Shown here: positions 1 to 9,425 of the stretch, piece after piece
How positions within the stretch are numbered: the stretch's first letter is position 1
Layout of the letters: each line of letters starts with the position of its first letter
Origin: Candidatus Woesearchaeota archaeon
Lineage (GTDB): Archaea; Nanobdellota; Nanobdellia; Woesearchaeales; WAPJ01
Assembly: GCA_047602765.1 (NCBI GenBank)
Contig: JBLKOL010000002.1
Coordinates: forward strand, 10,597 to 74,596
Direction of reading: 5' to 3'
Length of the DNA stretch: 64,000 nt
Program-made: the position numbers and the translations under genes
The notes under the pieces: generated by a model
The model's input: the letters and a program-made list of their open reading frames with translations, nothing else
Databases searched by the model: none
Told to the model about the DNA's origin: nothing

Positions 1-3000
1 GCTCACTCCCCATCCGGCAACGCCGAAACGGTAGTCAGCTCCACAGCCACCGAGGTGGTCGAGGTCGAAGGTCACGCTGAACGTGTCCATTCCGCTCTCC
101 GAGACACTGACCCACGTGGGCAGTACCATCCACGACGTCCAACTTCCGCCAACGACTTCTCGGTAACCCCAGTAGTCGCCATCGTAGTGGCTTCCCTGAT
201 CTGCGTGGTACGACATCTGGAAGTTGGCTTCGCCATCGTTGTTCGCGTCGAACGTGAAGGCGACGTTGTCCTGGCTCCCGTCGACGAACGTGATGGGCGT
301 CGTTGCGGTGAAGGTCACCATACCATCGGTTCCGTAGAGAACCTCGACTTCGAGGTCTTCGTCGTAGGGGGTTTCTGCGCTGTACTCATGGGCGGTGTCT
401 ACGAGCAGGCACGTTCCAACGTCCTCCATCGTTGCTTCTCCCCAGCAGTACGCATCATCTACGAGTGCCCACGCATAGTACGTCCGGTTCACTCCGCTCG
501 GGTGCGGTTCGGGATCGTACGCGTCGAGTTCATAGCGCGTCTCTGTGTCCGTCCAGGTCACACCGTCCGCAGTGTACTGGGGTCCGGTGATCTCGAGTTC
601 GGTCACAGGCGGTACCGTTTCGACATAGTAGAACTGGTCTGCCATGTCCTTGCGGTTGCCGAGTGCGTCTTCACAGTACCACTTGAGCACGTGCTCCGAG
701 TCCTCGTTGAAGTCGAACTCGTAGCTGACGCCTGCAAAGCCCTTCGCCAGGAGTTCTGCTTCACGGAGCATCATTCCGGTTACGAGGCAGTACTCACCAT
801 CGTACTCCATACCAAAGCCCGGGAACTCGACGACCTTCTCGCAGAAGTCACCGTCGCATTCTTCGCGACCCAGGTTGCAGTAGCTCTCCGTGATGTCTTC
901 TCCGTCGTTGTAGACCTTGAAGCCGATCACTTCGCCACCGACCGGGTGGGGCATGACATCCTCACAGCTCAGGGTGATCGGAGTGTCTTGCGTGACGTAC
1001 GTGTAGTAGTCGAAGCAGACGCTTCCCGGCTCGGTGCTGCCACCGTTGCCGTTCTCACCGTTATACTCGGGAGAGGCTTCGAGGCTTGCGATCGCATCTG
1101 GTGTGATGCCATCAGCGGTACCAGCGAGCGCTTCGTCTACCTCTACGCTTCCGGAGGCGACCGGTGCGGTGTTCGAGCAGAGCCAGGTCACAGTAGTGCT
1201 GAGAAAGTTCTCATTGGTGTATCCGGTACCGTCGTAGTGTTCGAGACCCCCGCTTCCGCAGTATCCGCACACGGTTCCACACGTTCCACCCCAGTCGGCG
1301 AGGTACGTGTAGCCGAGCGAGTTGCAGATGTTCAAGGCATCATACTGACCTCCGCTGTTCGCCGAAACCCATGCGGTCTCAGTGTCAGCGCGGCAGACGA
1401 TGTAGGGCGAACCATACGAGGATTCTCCCGTCTGTCCATCGAAACCAGCTCCCGATCCGGGCGCATCATCGACGATGCAGATCTCGTCTTCAACAACGAT
1501 CTTCGGCTCGCCGACAATCTTGGTTCCATTGGGTGCCTGGTTGTCGACCATGACAAACTGCTGCTGCATCTCTTCTTCGTGACCGAACTTGTCGACCGCG
1601 AAGTAGCGGATCACATGGCAGCTCGTCTCGTCGATGGTGAACTCGACCGATTCTCCCTCGACCATAGTCCACTCCGGAGCCACATCAAACCGAACCCAAT
1701 CAAAGTACCAGTCGCTTTCTGCACCAACAGAAACACGAACTTCCACATAACCATCTGCCTCAACTTCCAAAATCGCAGAGTCCGGACCTGTAAGGCAGGT
1801 AAAGTGCGGAGCTGTGTTGTAGTAGTCCGGAATATCATACCAAGGGTTAGAACCGCTTGACAGACTTGTATCTCCATCAGGTCTGACCTCAAAGCAAGAC
1901 ATCAGAGGACCTCCATAATTGACTTCAAGGACTACATGTGTCGAGTTTGCATCCAACATAACCACATGCGGTCTATTAGTACCTATGTTTTCCTCATTAG
2001 TGGACTTAAACTCAAACGTTCCACCAGATACGTCAGCAACGGGCCCTACCACATCCGGATAGGCTTCACACACATCATCGCTTACCCATTCAACACTATA
2101 GTTGATGTAAGCGACTCCGATCTTCTCATCATCTGCTTCGAGGGTGATCGGGGTGCTAGAGGTAATCCAGCGGTACGTTCCGTCAAAGACCATGGGTTGT
2201 CCGTAGTCCTTGTCGGTAACCGGCGGCGTGCCGTCGACGAGGAAGCGTTCGACATCACTCATGGTGTTTCCGAGCAGGTCTTTGCACGTTACCGAGAGGA
2301 TGTGCTCGCTGTCGTACTCGAATACGATGACTGCGGGGTTGTCTTCGTCGAAGTAACCACCGTCATAGTGTTCGTAGACACCATCGTACTTGATCGTGTA
2401 CGTACAGTAGGCACCGCCAGAGTAGTGGACTGCTGCGTCTCCTTCCATGAAGTCTTCGACCGAGAGGTGTACTTCGGTCTCTCCCATCTTGAGGTAGCAC
2501 TCAGCTTCCATGTCTCCGTTATCGGGGACTTGGTCGGTTCCTGCAGGGCAGTCGGGTCCATCGTGCGGTCCGACAAGCGTCTTGGTGAGAACCGGAGCTT
2601 CATCGTCGATCTTGAAGTATTCGACGTCCTGCTCGCTCATCTTATCGACAGCATCGATGCACCACGCAGAGAGCCTGTGCAGGCTCGTCTGATCGAACGT
2701 GACGGTGTCTTGGTTCCGCGTGACGCCTCCGTCAACCTGTTCCCAAGTCTCTCCATCTTCCGTGCGGTGGAGTGCCCAGTGGACTACTTCCCCTCCTGAC
2801 GGGTGGGGTCCGACGTCTTCACAGACGAGCGTGACGACCGTGTCGGTGGTACCGAAGAAGTTGAGCGTCTCGTGGTATGCTCCGTTCGCGGTCCAGCGCG
2901 TCCAGTCAGCCGGGAAGTGCTTCTGGCTGCTGCCAGCTGTGTCCTTCCAATCAGCTTCAGCATTGACAGCCCAACCAAGCGTACTTGTATCGCCAAGAAT

Positions 3001-4658
3001 CGCATTGAGAACAGCTAGGTCAACCGAAATACTGAAATCAGTGCCTCCAGCAACGCCGGTAACGGTTACTCCTGGAGGAAGGGCTTCGGCATCTCCCCAA
3101 CCATTATCCCATTCCTTAATGTATGGAACACCGCCAAACTCAGCATCGTTTATACCAACGAGACCGATGGGCTCAGCACCGTTCGTGAGAACGACTTGGA
3201 TGCCGCTTGCAGTCACATCATCTTCCGTTTTGTCTAGACCGAGTTCAACATCAATCGTGACGCCTTCACAGGTGAAGGTACGTGTCATTGTTAGGTCGAA
3301 GTCGTCCTTGTTGCCAACACTAAAGTCAGCACCAGTCCAGGTGTCCACAACATCCTCACGGTCGAGATCGCACAGGTGCGGGATCGCATCCTCTACGGTC
3401 TTCGTGAGCTCCGGAGGAGTCTTGTCGACAAAGAATCGGAGGTACTGAACGTTCTCGTGGTTCTGGAGCTTGTCGTAGCTCTTGAACTCGATGACGTTGC
3501 AGCTCTCGTTGAATCCGCCGATCGTCTCTCCTTCGTATTCGATCCAGTCGCCATCGTAGGGTCCGGCAACGTGACCGTTTCCGAGAGGGTTGAGTGCGTT
3601 CTCATGATCGAAGCACTCGTGGTAGTCCGCCGGATCATCGAAGTAGTGGAGGCGGTATTGCGTCGTGACACCTGATGCATCGAACTTGTTGTCCTCTGCG
3701 CTCAGGGTGAATGTCGTACCACCGTTGGCGTACCATGCGTCGCGGAGCGTTCCGGACTGGTAGGTGCCTTGGTAGAGCGGACCGTCGTGGGACCAGCTCG
3801 TTACGGGCGCGGTTCCATCAACGATGTACTCTTCAGTGACCTGGTCCGCTTGGTTACCGGCGACATCCCAGCAGTCGACGACGAGCTCGTGATCGGAGTC
3901 ACGGTCGAAGTAGACGTTCCACGTGATCGAGGGCTCGCCACTACCGTATTCGGTTCCGCTGTCTTCGACTTCGCCGTTTCGGTAGAGCGTCCAGTCACAG
4001 TAGTCGATGCCGCTCTGGCAGTCGACATCAGCGACGTCGTTCGCCGTTATTTCAACGTACGAATCGCTGGGGTGAACATAGAGATCACCGTTGTGGGTCA
4101 CGTTCGTTCCGAAGAGCTCGGTCGTGATCACAGGCGGCGTCACATCGATGCTCGTGAAACCGTGGTTCATGTTAGCGTCTCCGCCAATCTCACCGGGATA
4201 CGTGTCGACCGTCTGAACATACCACTTCAACTCACACACATCTCCGGCACCCGCAGGAGTCTTAGCGGTGAAGGTGAAGTCCTTGCTCGTATCGTCATCG
4301 AAACCGTCGGTGAGTCCTGCTTGTGCGACCCACTGGCACGCATCGGTGACGATCTGGTTCGTTCCTGGTTGGTACACGTTGTGGTAGTTCAAGTTCCATC
4401 CGGTTATTGGATCACACACGAAATCCTCGTAAAGAGGATTCTTGTAGATCCAGACCTGTTGGATGGGGTCTGAATCAGCTTCGTTCGTTATTTTGAACGT
4501 ATAATCGATCACTTCATCGGGCTGCGACCACTCGGGGCTGAGCTCGACCGTCGCGGTATGTGCGAGCGGCGCGATCCCTCTGCGCTCACCGCGGTTGCGA
4601 CGAGAAGCAGAGCGAGCAGTGCGGCCGTGAAGCGCGTTACTCTTGTATGTTCTACCAT
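1..4658 (-). CDS. Very large secreted surface protein with tandem Cys-containing Ig-like repeats; 3' end runs off the window; apparent frameshift just after the signal peptide
   Basis: Manual translation of the minus strand shows one open frame from ~4575 to base 1 (IAPLAHTATVELSPEWSQPD...). It has at least 7 repeats bounded by (V/I)D-x-(T/A)P and D-x-x-G(N/H) motifs. A GGAGG SD and ATG at 4658 encode a signal peptide (MVEHTRVTRFTAALLALLLVATAVSAEG) in a different frame. The ORF track misses it because it has no stop codon in the window. Confidence 0.85.
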
Positions 4659-4837
4659 TGTTGTTTCCTCCATATACAAATGGGAACTGATTGATGATCA
4701 TGATGATCAGGAATCGATTCGTGTACCGGGCTGTTGGGGTAGTCCGATACTTCGGGGCATACGAGAACCAGCAAAGACTGAAACGTACCCCCCAACTGTG
4801 CGTTCAAACGCATAACGCCTTGGAAGCGCACCCACAG

Positions 4838-4844
4838 TTATAAA
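4838..4844 (-). promoter_or_regulatory. TATA box (TTTATAA) for the large surface protein gene, implying a ~155-nt leader
   Basis: TTTATAA on the minus strand in the intergenic region upstream of ATG 4658. Confidence 0.55.
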
Positions 4845-4876
4845 CCTTGCCCGGATGTGACCACTAATGGTGAGTA

Positions 4877-7800
4877 TCACGACGAGAAAACAGAATATTT
4901 TCGTCCCGCAAAAAGGACAAACATAACGAGTGCGAGTGATGCGATGAGGAGCACGAGCGACACCGGCTCGTCTTCGATCGGTCGCGGTTCTTCGGGCAAC
5001 GGCAGATCAACGAGCGGCATGTCAACGACAGCTCCAATCCGTTCTTCGGCGACCCCTATGACGAACACACTCAGTCCCGGTGCAACAGCCACATAATAGT
5101 AGAACCCCTCCGAAAACCGAACCATCTCAGTTTCAAGCAACTCCCAGCCAGTAGCGAACCTATACAGGCCTATAGCATCAGGATGTACTCCTTCGGTTTC
5201 GATCCACACAGCGGGAACCCTGAAAGAGAATTCGACCTCGCCCGCTTCTTCAACACGGATTTCGGCGATCTCATACGTGCGACCACGGAACGGTTCGACG
5301 TGTTCAGGCACCTGTGCGAGTTCTCGGATCTCGATACGCGGTTCGATACGCGGAGTGGACAATCGCGCTTCGATACGCTCGAATGATCCGGCGCGCTCAA
5401 CGCTCACGACGTCGACCGGTTCGGATTCGGGTTCTCGATCGGGTTCGTGCGGTTCGCTCGTCGTCGCCATGCCACCGCCACCTCCTCCACCCCCACCGCT
5501 CGGAGCACCACCCGTGCTCGGCTGCGTGATTTCGATGGTGAATTCGTTGCTCTCTACCGTCACACCATCGCGTTCTGCTACGATCCGTGCGGTTCCGCTT
5601 CCCGAATACGCGCTTGGAGCGTTCAGCGTTGCGCTCGAGCCGCTGATGGTCATCGTGACGGGAAGAGTCGTGTTGAGCGAGAACGAAACATCGTTCGCAG
5701 TGGTGAAGTACGAGAGAAGATCGATCGTCCGACTCGACCCTTGATTCCATGTTTGAGCAGGGATGGTGCTCGTGGTTTCGAGCGGTACGGGTTCGGGCGA
5801 TACGATGATATCCCACGCGACGTCTGTTTCCGCAAGGCTGTTGGTTGCGCTCAGTACGAGCGTTCCGCTCTCAAACGCGTTGAAGAGGAATTCGCTCTGT
5901 GATCCCGTGGTCGGGAAGGGTCCGATGAGGTGTCCTGCTTGGGAGACTTTGTCGAGCCATACGTCGTATTCGTCTTCTTCGGCGCTGCACGGCACAGGGT
6001 CTGATCCGAAGAGCGCCGTGTTATCGGTCCATGAGGTTGCGTCAGGAGTCCACCAGTTGTTTCGAACGGTTGGCGTGCTCATCCATCCGATCGCGTTCCC
6101 GCGTCCGCTGTTGTTCTCGAAGTCTGCGCTTGCGTGCAGGTTCCAGATGTATGCTCCGACGTTCTGCGAGTCGACGAACACCAGGTCTCCTTCGGGGTTC
6201 GTCACGTATCCGCATGAGATGATCGTGTTGTTCTCGATGCGGTTGTGTGCTCCTGCGCTGATCGCGATGCCATAGTTGCTCGTCGATACGACGTGATTGT
6301 TGTATGCGTGGAGGTATCGGTTCTCGCTCGTTCCGTCTCCGAGCATGATCCCACCACCCGAGTACGATCCGTGTTCGGGGTCGAGCGGGTAGGCTCCTTG
6401 GAAGTAGTTGTCGTGTATCCGGATCGGATCACCTGTTCTTCCCGAGGTTCGGTAGAGGCTGACGATGTCTTCGACGAAGCTCTCGTACGGCTCGTTGATG
6501 ACCTGGTTCCATGCGACTCGGGTGTTCGTCATGTTCCTGCTCTGGTCGAATTGGACGAATTGGACGTAGTGGACTCCTGAGAACCCTCCACTCCCATCGG
6601 ATATGCGTCCGTCGATGTTGCGCACCGTGTTCTTGAGGATCTGTACGGTTCCTCCGTGGGTTGAAGGGTGCATGTGCAGGTAGACTCCGCTCGTGTTCTC
6701 GAGGTGTGAGTGTTCGAGGAGCAGGTACGTGTAGCTGTCGAGGGCGATGAACCGCCCAGGGTACCTTCCTGCCTGTTCGGGTCTCACGCCGATGCCTTCG
6801 ACGTTTCGTACCGTTACGTTAGCGACGTATTCCGGTGGCGAGTAGATGTGGGTTGCGACGCTTCTCGTTCTCGAGTTCTCGATGGTTACGGGCTCGCTTG
6901 TTGCGATCGTTACGGCAGCAACGTCCGGGTCGGTGCTCTCCCACGATCCGCTGTAGGTTCCTCTTTCGGTGATCGTGATCGGCGAATCATAGGATTGTGC
7001 GCTCGTGGTCGTGAACGTCCAGTCGAACGTGACGGTTCGTCCTTTGACGTCGCTCGCGTTCGCACTGAACGTGCGTGTTTCGTTGTGTTCGAGTTCGATC
7101 GTTCCCGGCTGTGGATGTGCTTGGACGATCGGCCCCACAGCTTCTATGGTGAGGTCCCACGATTCTGTTACGTTCGAATCCTGGTTGGCGACTACCACGC
7201 GCACCTCGTAGAGAGCAGGGTCGAGGTCCATGCCATCGATCGTGACGTTCGACTCGTTCCCGAGCGGTGTTCCGTTGAGCGTCCACGTATAGTTGAGTCC
7301 TTCTTCGTACGGGTCGAAGGCTTCGACGGAGAAGGTGATCGTTTCGTTCTCGAGGACCGATACGCCACCATCTTCTTGGCTGCGGCTCGTGATGAAGGGT
7401 GAGGGGTCGATGATCGTGATCGTATATTCCTGTTCAGCAGATCCGTGTGTCTCAGTCTCATCGTGTCTGACCCGAACCGAGTACGAACCGGGTGCCATGA
7501 ATGCTTCGGTGTGGTTGATCGTCGTATTCGAGGCGTTGATGAACACGTCGTCGATGAAGAGTTCTATGATGGATCCGCTCGTCAGGTTCGCATGGATCGT
7601 TGCGTTGACAACTCCCACGTGTGTCAGGTTCGAAGCGTTGCCGTTGATCGTAACGTCGAATAAGGATTCGTATCGAGCGTGGAACGTTTCGGTGACGTGC
7701 GATTCTGTGCCGCTCGTCGTGTTCGCATATACTGTGATCGTGTACATGCCTGCGGTGAGGTTCTCGACCGTGAGGGTTCCTGTCGGTTCGCTGCGGATGA

Positions 7801-9193
7801 TCGTCTCGTTCGGTGTCGTAAGGTTCACTCGTGTCGTATCGAGTTCTCCTCCTGTTGTGATGCTCCACTCGAACGTCCAATCGGAATCGGGTTCGGGCGT
7901 GCTATCATACTCGAGGAGTATGGCTGGCGAGAACGTATCGAACGCTGATACGAGTCCGAATGCGTCGATCCGATGGTACGTTGTATCCGAGGCGCTGTCG
8001 TAGACGGGTACACCGGTTGCGATGAGTGTGTAGAGCGCTTCTGCAGGCGTCACGCTCAGATTCTGCCAACGCACGTATTCGTCGAGAAGCGCAAGGGCTC
8101 CGGATACGTGCGGTGTTGCCATGCTCGTTCCCGACTTGCTCTGTATGCCGCCGGGCACGGTCGAGCTGATAAGCACGCCGGGAGCGAGGATGATGTCGTC
8201 GAATGTTGCTGCGCGATTCGTGAATGCTGTGATCGCGTCGTTCGAGAGCGTTGCGCCTACGCGCATCGAATTGCTCGCGCACGCAGGGAATGAGATGCTC
8301 GAGTTCGAACCGGTGTTTCCCGTCGCTGATACAACGCTGATGTTCTGAGCGACCGCATCATTGATCGTGGCGACCCATGAAGACACCCATCCATCACATG
8401 GGCTCATGAACCGCTGTCCGGTTCCAAGACTCATACTGATGACTGAGATGTTGTACTCGTCTTTGTACGTCGTACACCATTCGACGCCGTGCATCGCGTC
8501 CGAGATGAAGCCATCGCCGTTCTCATCGAGGGATTTGATCGCGATGATCTTCGCTCCGGGAGCCACTCCCGTGACGGATCCGTTCGCGGCGATGATGCCG
8601 GCGACGTGGGTTCCGTGACCCTCATCATCCCACGGGTCATCGTCATCGTTGACGAAGTCGTATCCTCCGATGACTTTACTACACTCGCCTGCGAGGAACT
8701 CGGCGCTCGTACATCCTCCGAGCGACGGATGCGTATAGTCGACGCCGCTGTCGATCACGCACACCGTGCTTCCGGCTCCCGAGAGGGTGACGCCCTCAAA
8801 ACCCAGATCCCATACGGCGCTCGTGTTGATGATCTCGCGACTCGTCGAGAGCATGGTGCTCACGCGTACATCTTCGAAGATGCTCTCGATCCCAGGGTCC
8901 TTGCTGAGCTGTTCGAGCTGCGAGCGGGTGACCATCCGTGCTTCGAACCGCGACGCGAAAGCGCGAGGAAGCCGCTCACTCATGATTCGCATTCCTCGAT
9001 CACGTGCGTTTTCGCGGTACGTGATGACGACGCGTACCTCGTCTTCTGCTTCGAGGGTTTCGACGAGTGCTGGATCCACAGAAGCTACGAGTCCGGTCGG
9101 CTCTGGCTCGGAGTAGTAGACGAGCACGGCGGCTCCTGCGATGAGGAGAAGCAACGCGACGCGCACACCCCGATTTACGACTGACGAGCCCAT
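4877..9193 (-). CDS. Membrane-anchored S8 subtilisin-like serine protease with Ig/PKD-like domains, an inserted beta-helix domain and a PGF-pre-PGF-like C-terminal domain
   Basis: Catalytic motifs VIDSG, HGTHVAG and GTSMATPHV; N-terminal signal/TM and prodomain; poly-Gly linker; FSFRVPAVWI...GLYRF..W..L.T...YYVAVAPGLSVFVIG; C-terminal TM. Confidence 0.92.
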   Translation of the reverse strand: MGSSVVNRGVRVALLLLIAGAAVLVYYSEPEPTGLVASVDPALVETLEAEDEVRVVITYRENARDRGMRIMSERLPRAFASRFEARMVTRSQLEQLSKDPGIESIFEDVRVSTMLSTSREIINTSAVWDLGFEGVTLSGAGSTVCVIDSGVDYTHPSLGGCTSAEFLAGECSKVIGGYDFVNDDDDPWDDEGHGTHVAGIIAANGSVTGVAPGAKIIAIKSLDENGDGFISDAMHGVEWCTTYKDEYNISVISMSLGTGQRFMSPCDGWVSSWVATINDAVAQNISVVSATGNTGSNSSISFPACASNSMRVGATLSNDAITAFTNRAATFDDIILAPGVLISSTVPGGIQSKSGTSMATPHVSGALALLDEYVRWQNLSVTPAEALYTLIATGVPVYDSASDTTYHRIDAFGLVSAFDTFSPAILLEYDSTPEPDSDWTFEWSITTGGELDTTRVNLTTPNETIIRSEPTGTLTVENLTAGMYTITVYANTTSGTESHVTETFHARYESLFDVTINGNASNLTHVGVVNATIHANLTSGSIIELFIDDVFINASNTTINHTEAFMAPGSYSVRVRHDETETHGSAEQEYTITIIDPSPFITSRSQEDGGVSVLENETITFSVEAFDPYEEGLNYTWTLNGTPLGNESNVTIDGMDLDPALYEVRVVVANQDSNVTESWDLTIEAVGPIVQAHPQPGTIELEHNETRTFSANASDVKGRTVTFDWTFTTTSAQSYDSPITITERGTYSGSWESTDPDVAAVTIATSEPVTIENSRTRSVATHIYSPPEYVANVTVRNVEGIGVRPEQAGRYPGRFIALDSYTYLLLEHSHLENTSGVYLHMHPSTHGGTVQILKNTVRNIDGRISDGSGGFSGVHYVQFVQFDQSRNMTNTRVAWNQVINEPYESFVEDIVSLYRTSGRTGDPIRIHDNYFQGAYPLDPEHGSYSGGGIMLGDGTSENRYLHAYNNHVVSTSNYGIAISAGAHNRIENNTIISCGYVTNPEGDLVFVDSQNVGAYIWNLHASADFENNSGRGNAIGWMSTPTVRNNWWTPDATSWTDNTALFGSDPVPCSAEEDEYDVWLDKVSQAGHLIGPFPTTGSQSEFLFNAFESGTLVLSATNSLAETDVAWDIIVSPEPVPLETTSTIPAQTWNQGSSRTIDLLSYFTTANDVSFSLNTTLPVTMTISGSSATLNAPSAYSGSGTARIVAERDGVTVESNEFTIEITQPSTGGAPSGGGGGGGGGMATTSEPHEPDREPESEPVDVVSVERAGSFERIEARLSTPRIEPRIEIRELAQVPEHVEPFRGRTYEIAEIRVEEAGEVEFSFRVPAVWIETEGVHPDAIGLYRFATGWELLETEMVRFSEGFYYYVAVAPGLSVFVIGVAEERIGAVVDMPLVDLPLPEEPRPIEDEPVSLVLLIASLALVMFVLFAGRKYSVFSS

Positions 9194-9425
9194 ACGGTTC
9201 TAGAGCACGCTCAGGTTATAACGTTTGGGTATCATCCGCAGAGCTTCTTGCGCATCCATGGACCGTGGTATCAGTGAACCGATCGATCCTTAGACAGCGG
9301 TGTCTGTAGATCGCTGCATCCATACCACTCGCTCGCAGCGACACGCTACGACCACGCACAGATGCTCAACGGCTCGTTAAGAACTCATACGCACGCTTCT
9401 TATAGGAGTGGTATGCTCAAAGCCT

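Noticed and set aside
55..4473. Long plus-strand ORFs (601, 287, 249 and 234 aa)
   Set aside because: These are antisense shadows of the giant minus-strand gene, with V/R-rich composition and no motifs.
4699..4701. In-frame ATG that would avoid the frameshift in the giant gene
   Set aside because: It gives an Arg-rich hydrophilic N-terminus with no signal peptide and no SD, whereas ATG 4658 has both.
5468..5505. CCA/CCG/CCT repeat
   Set aside because: It encodes the poly-Gly linker typical before PGF-pre-PGF domains and is not a separate repeat element.
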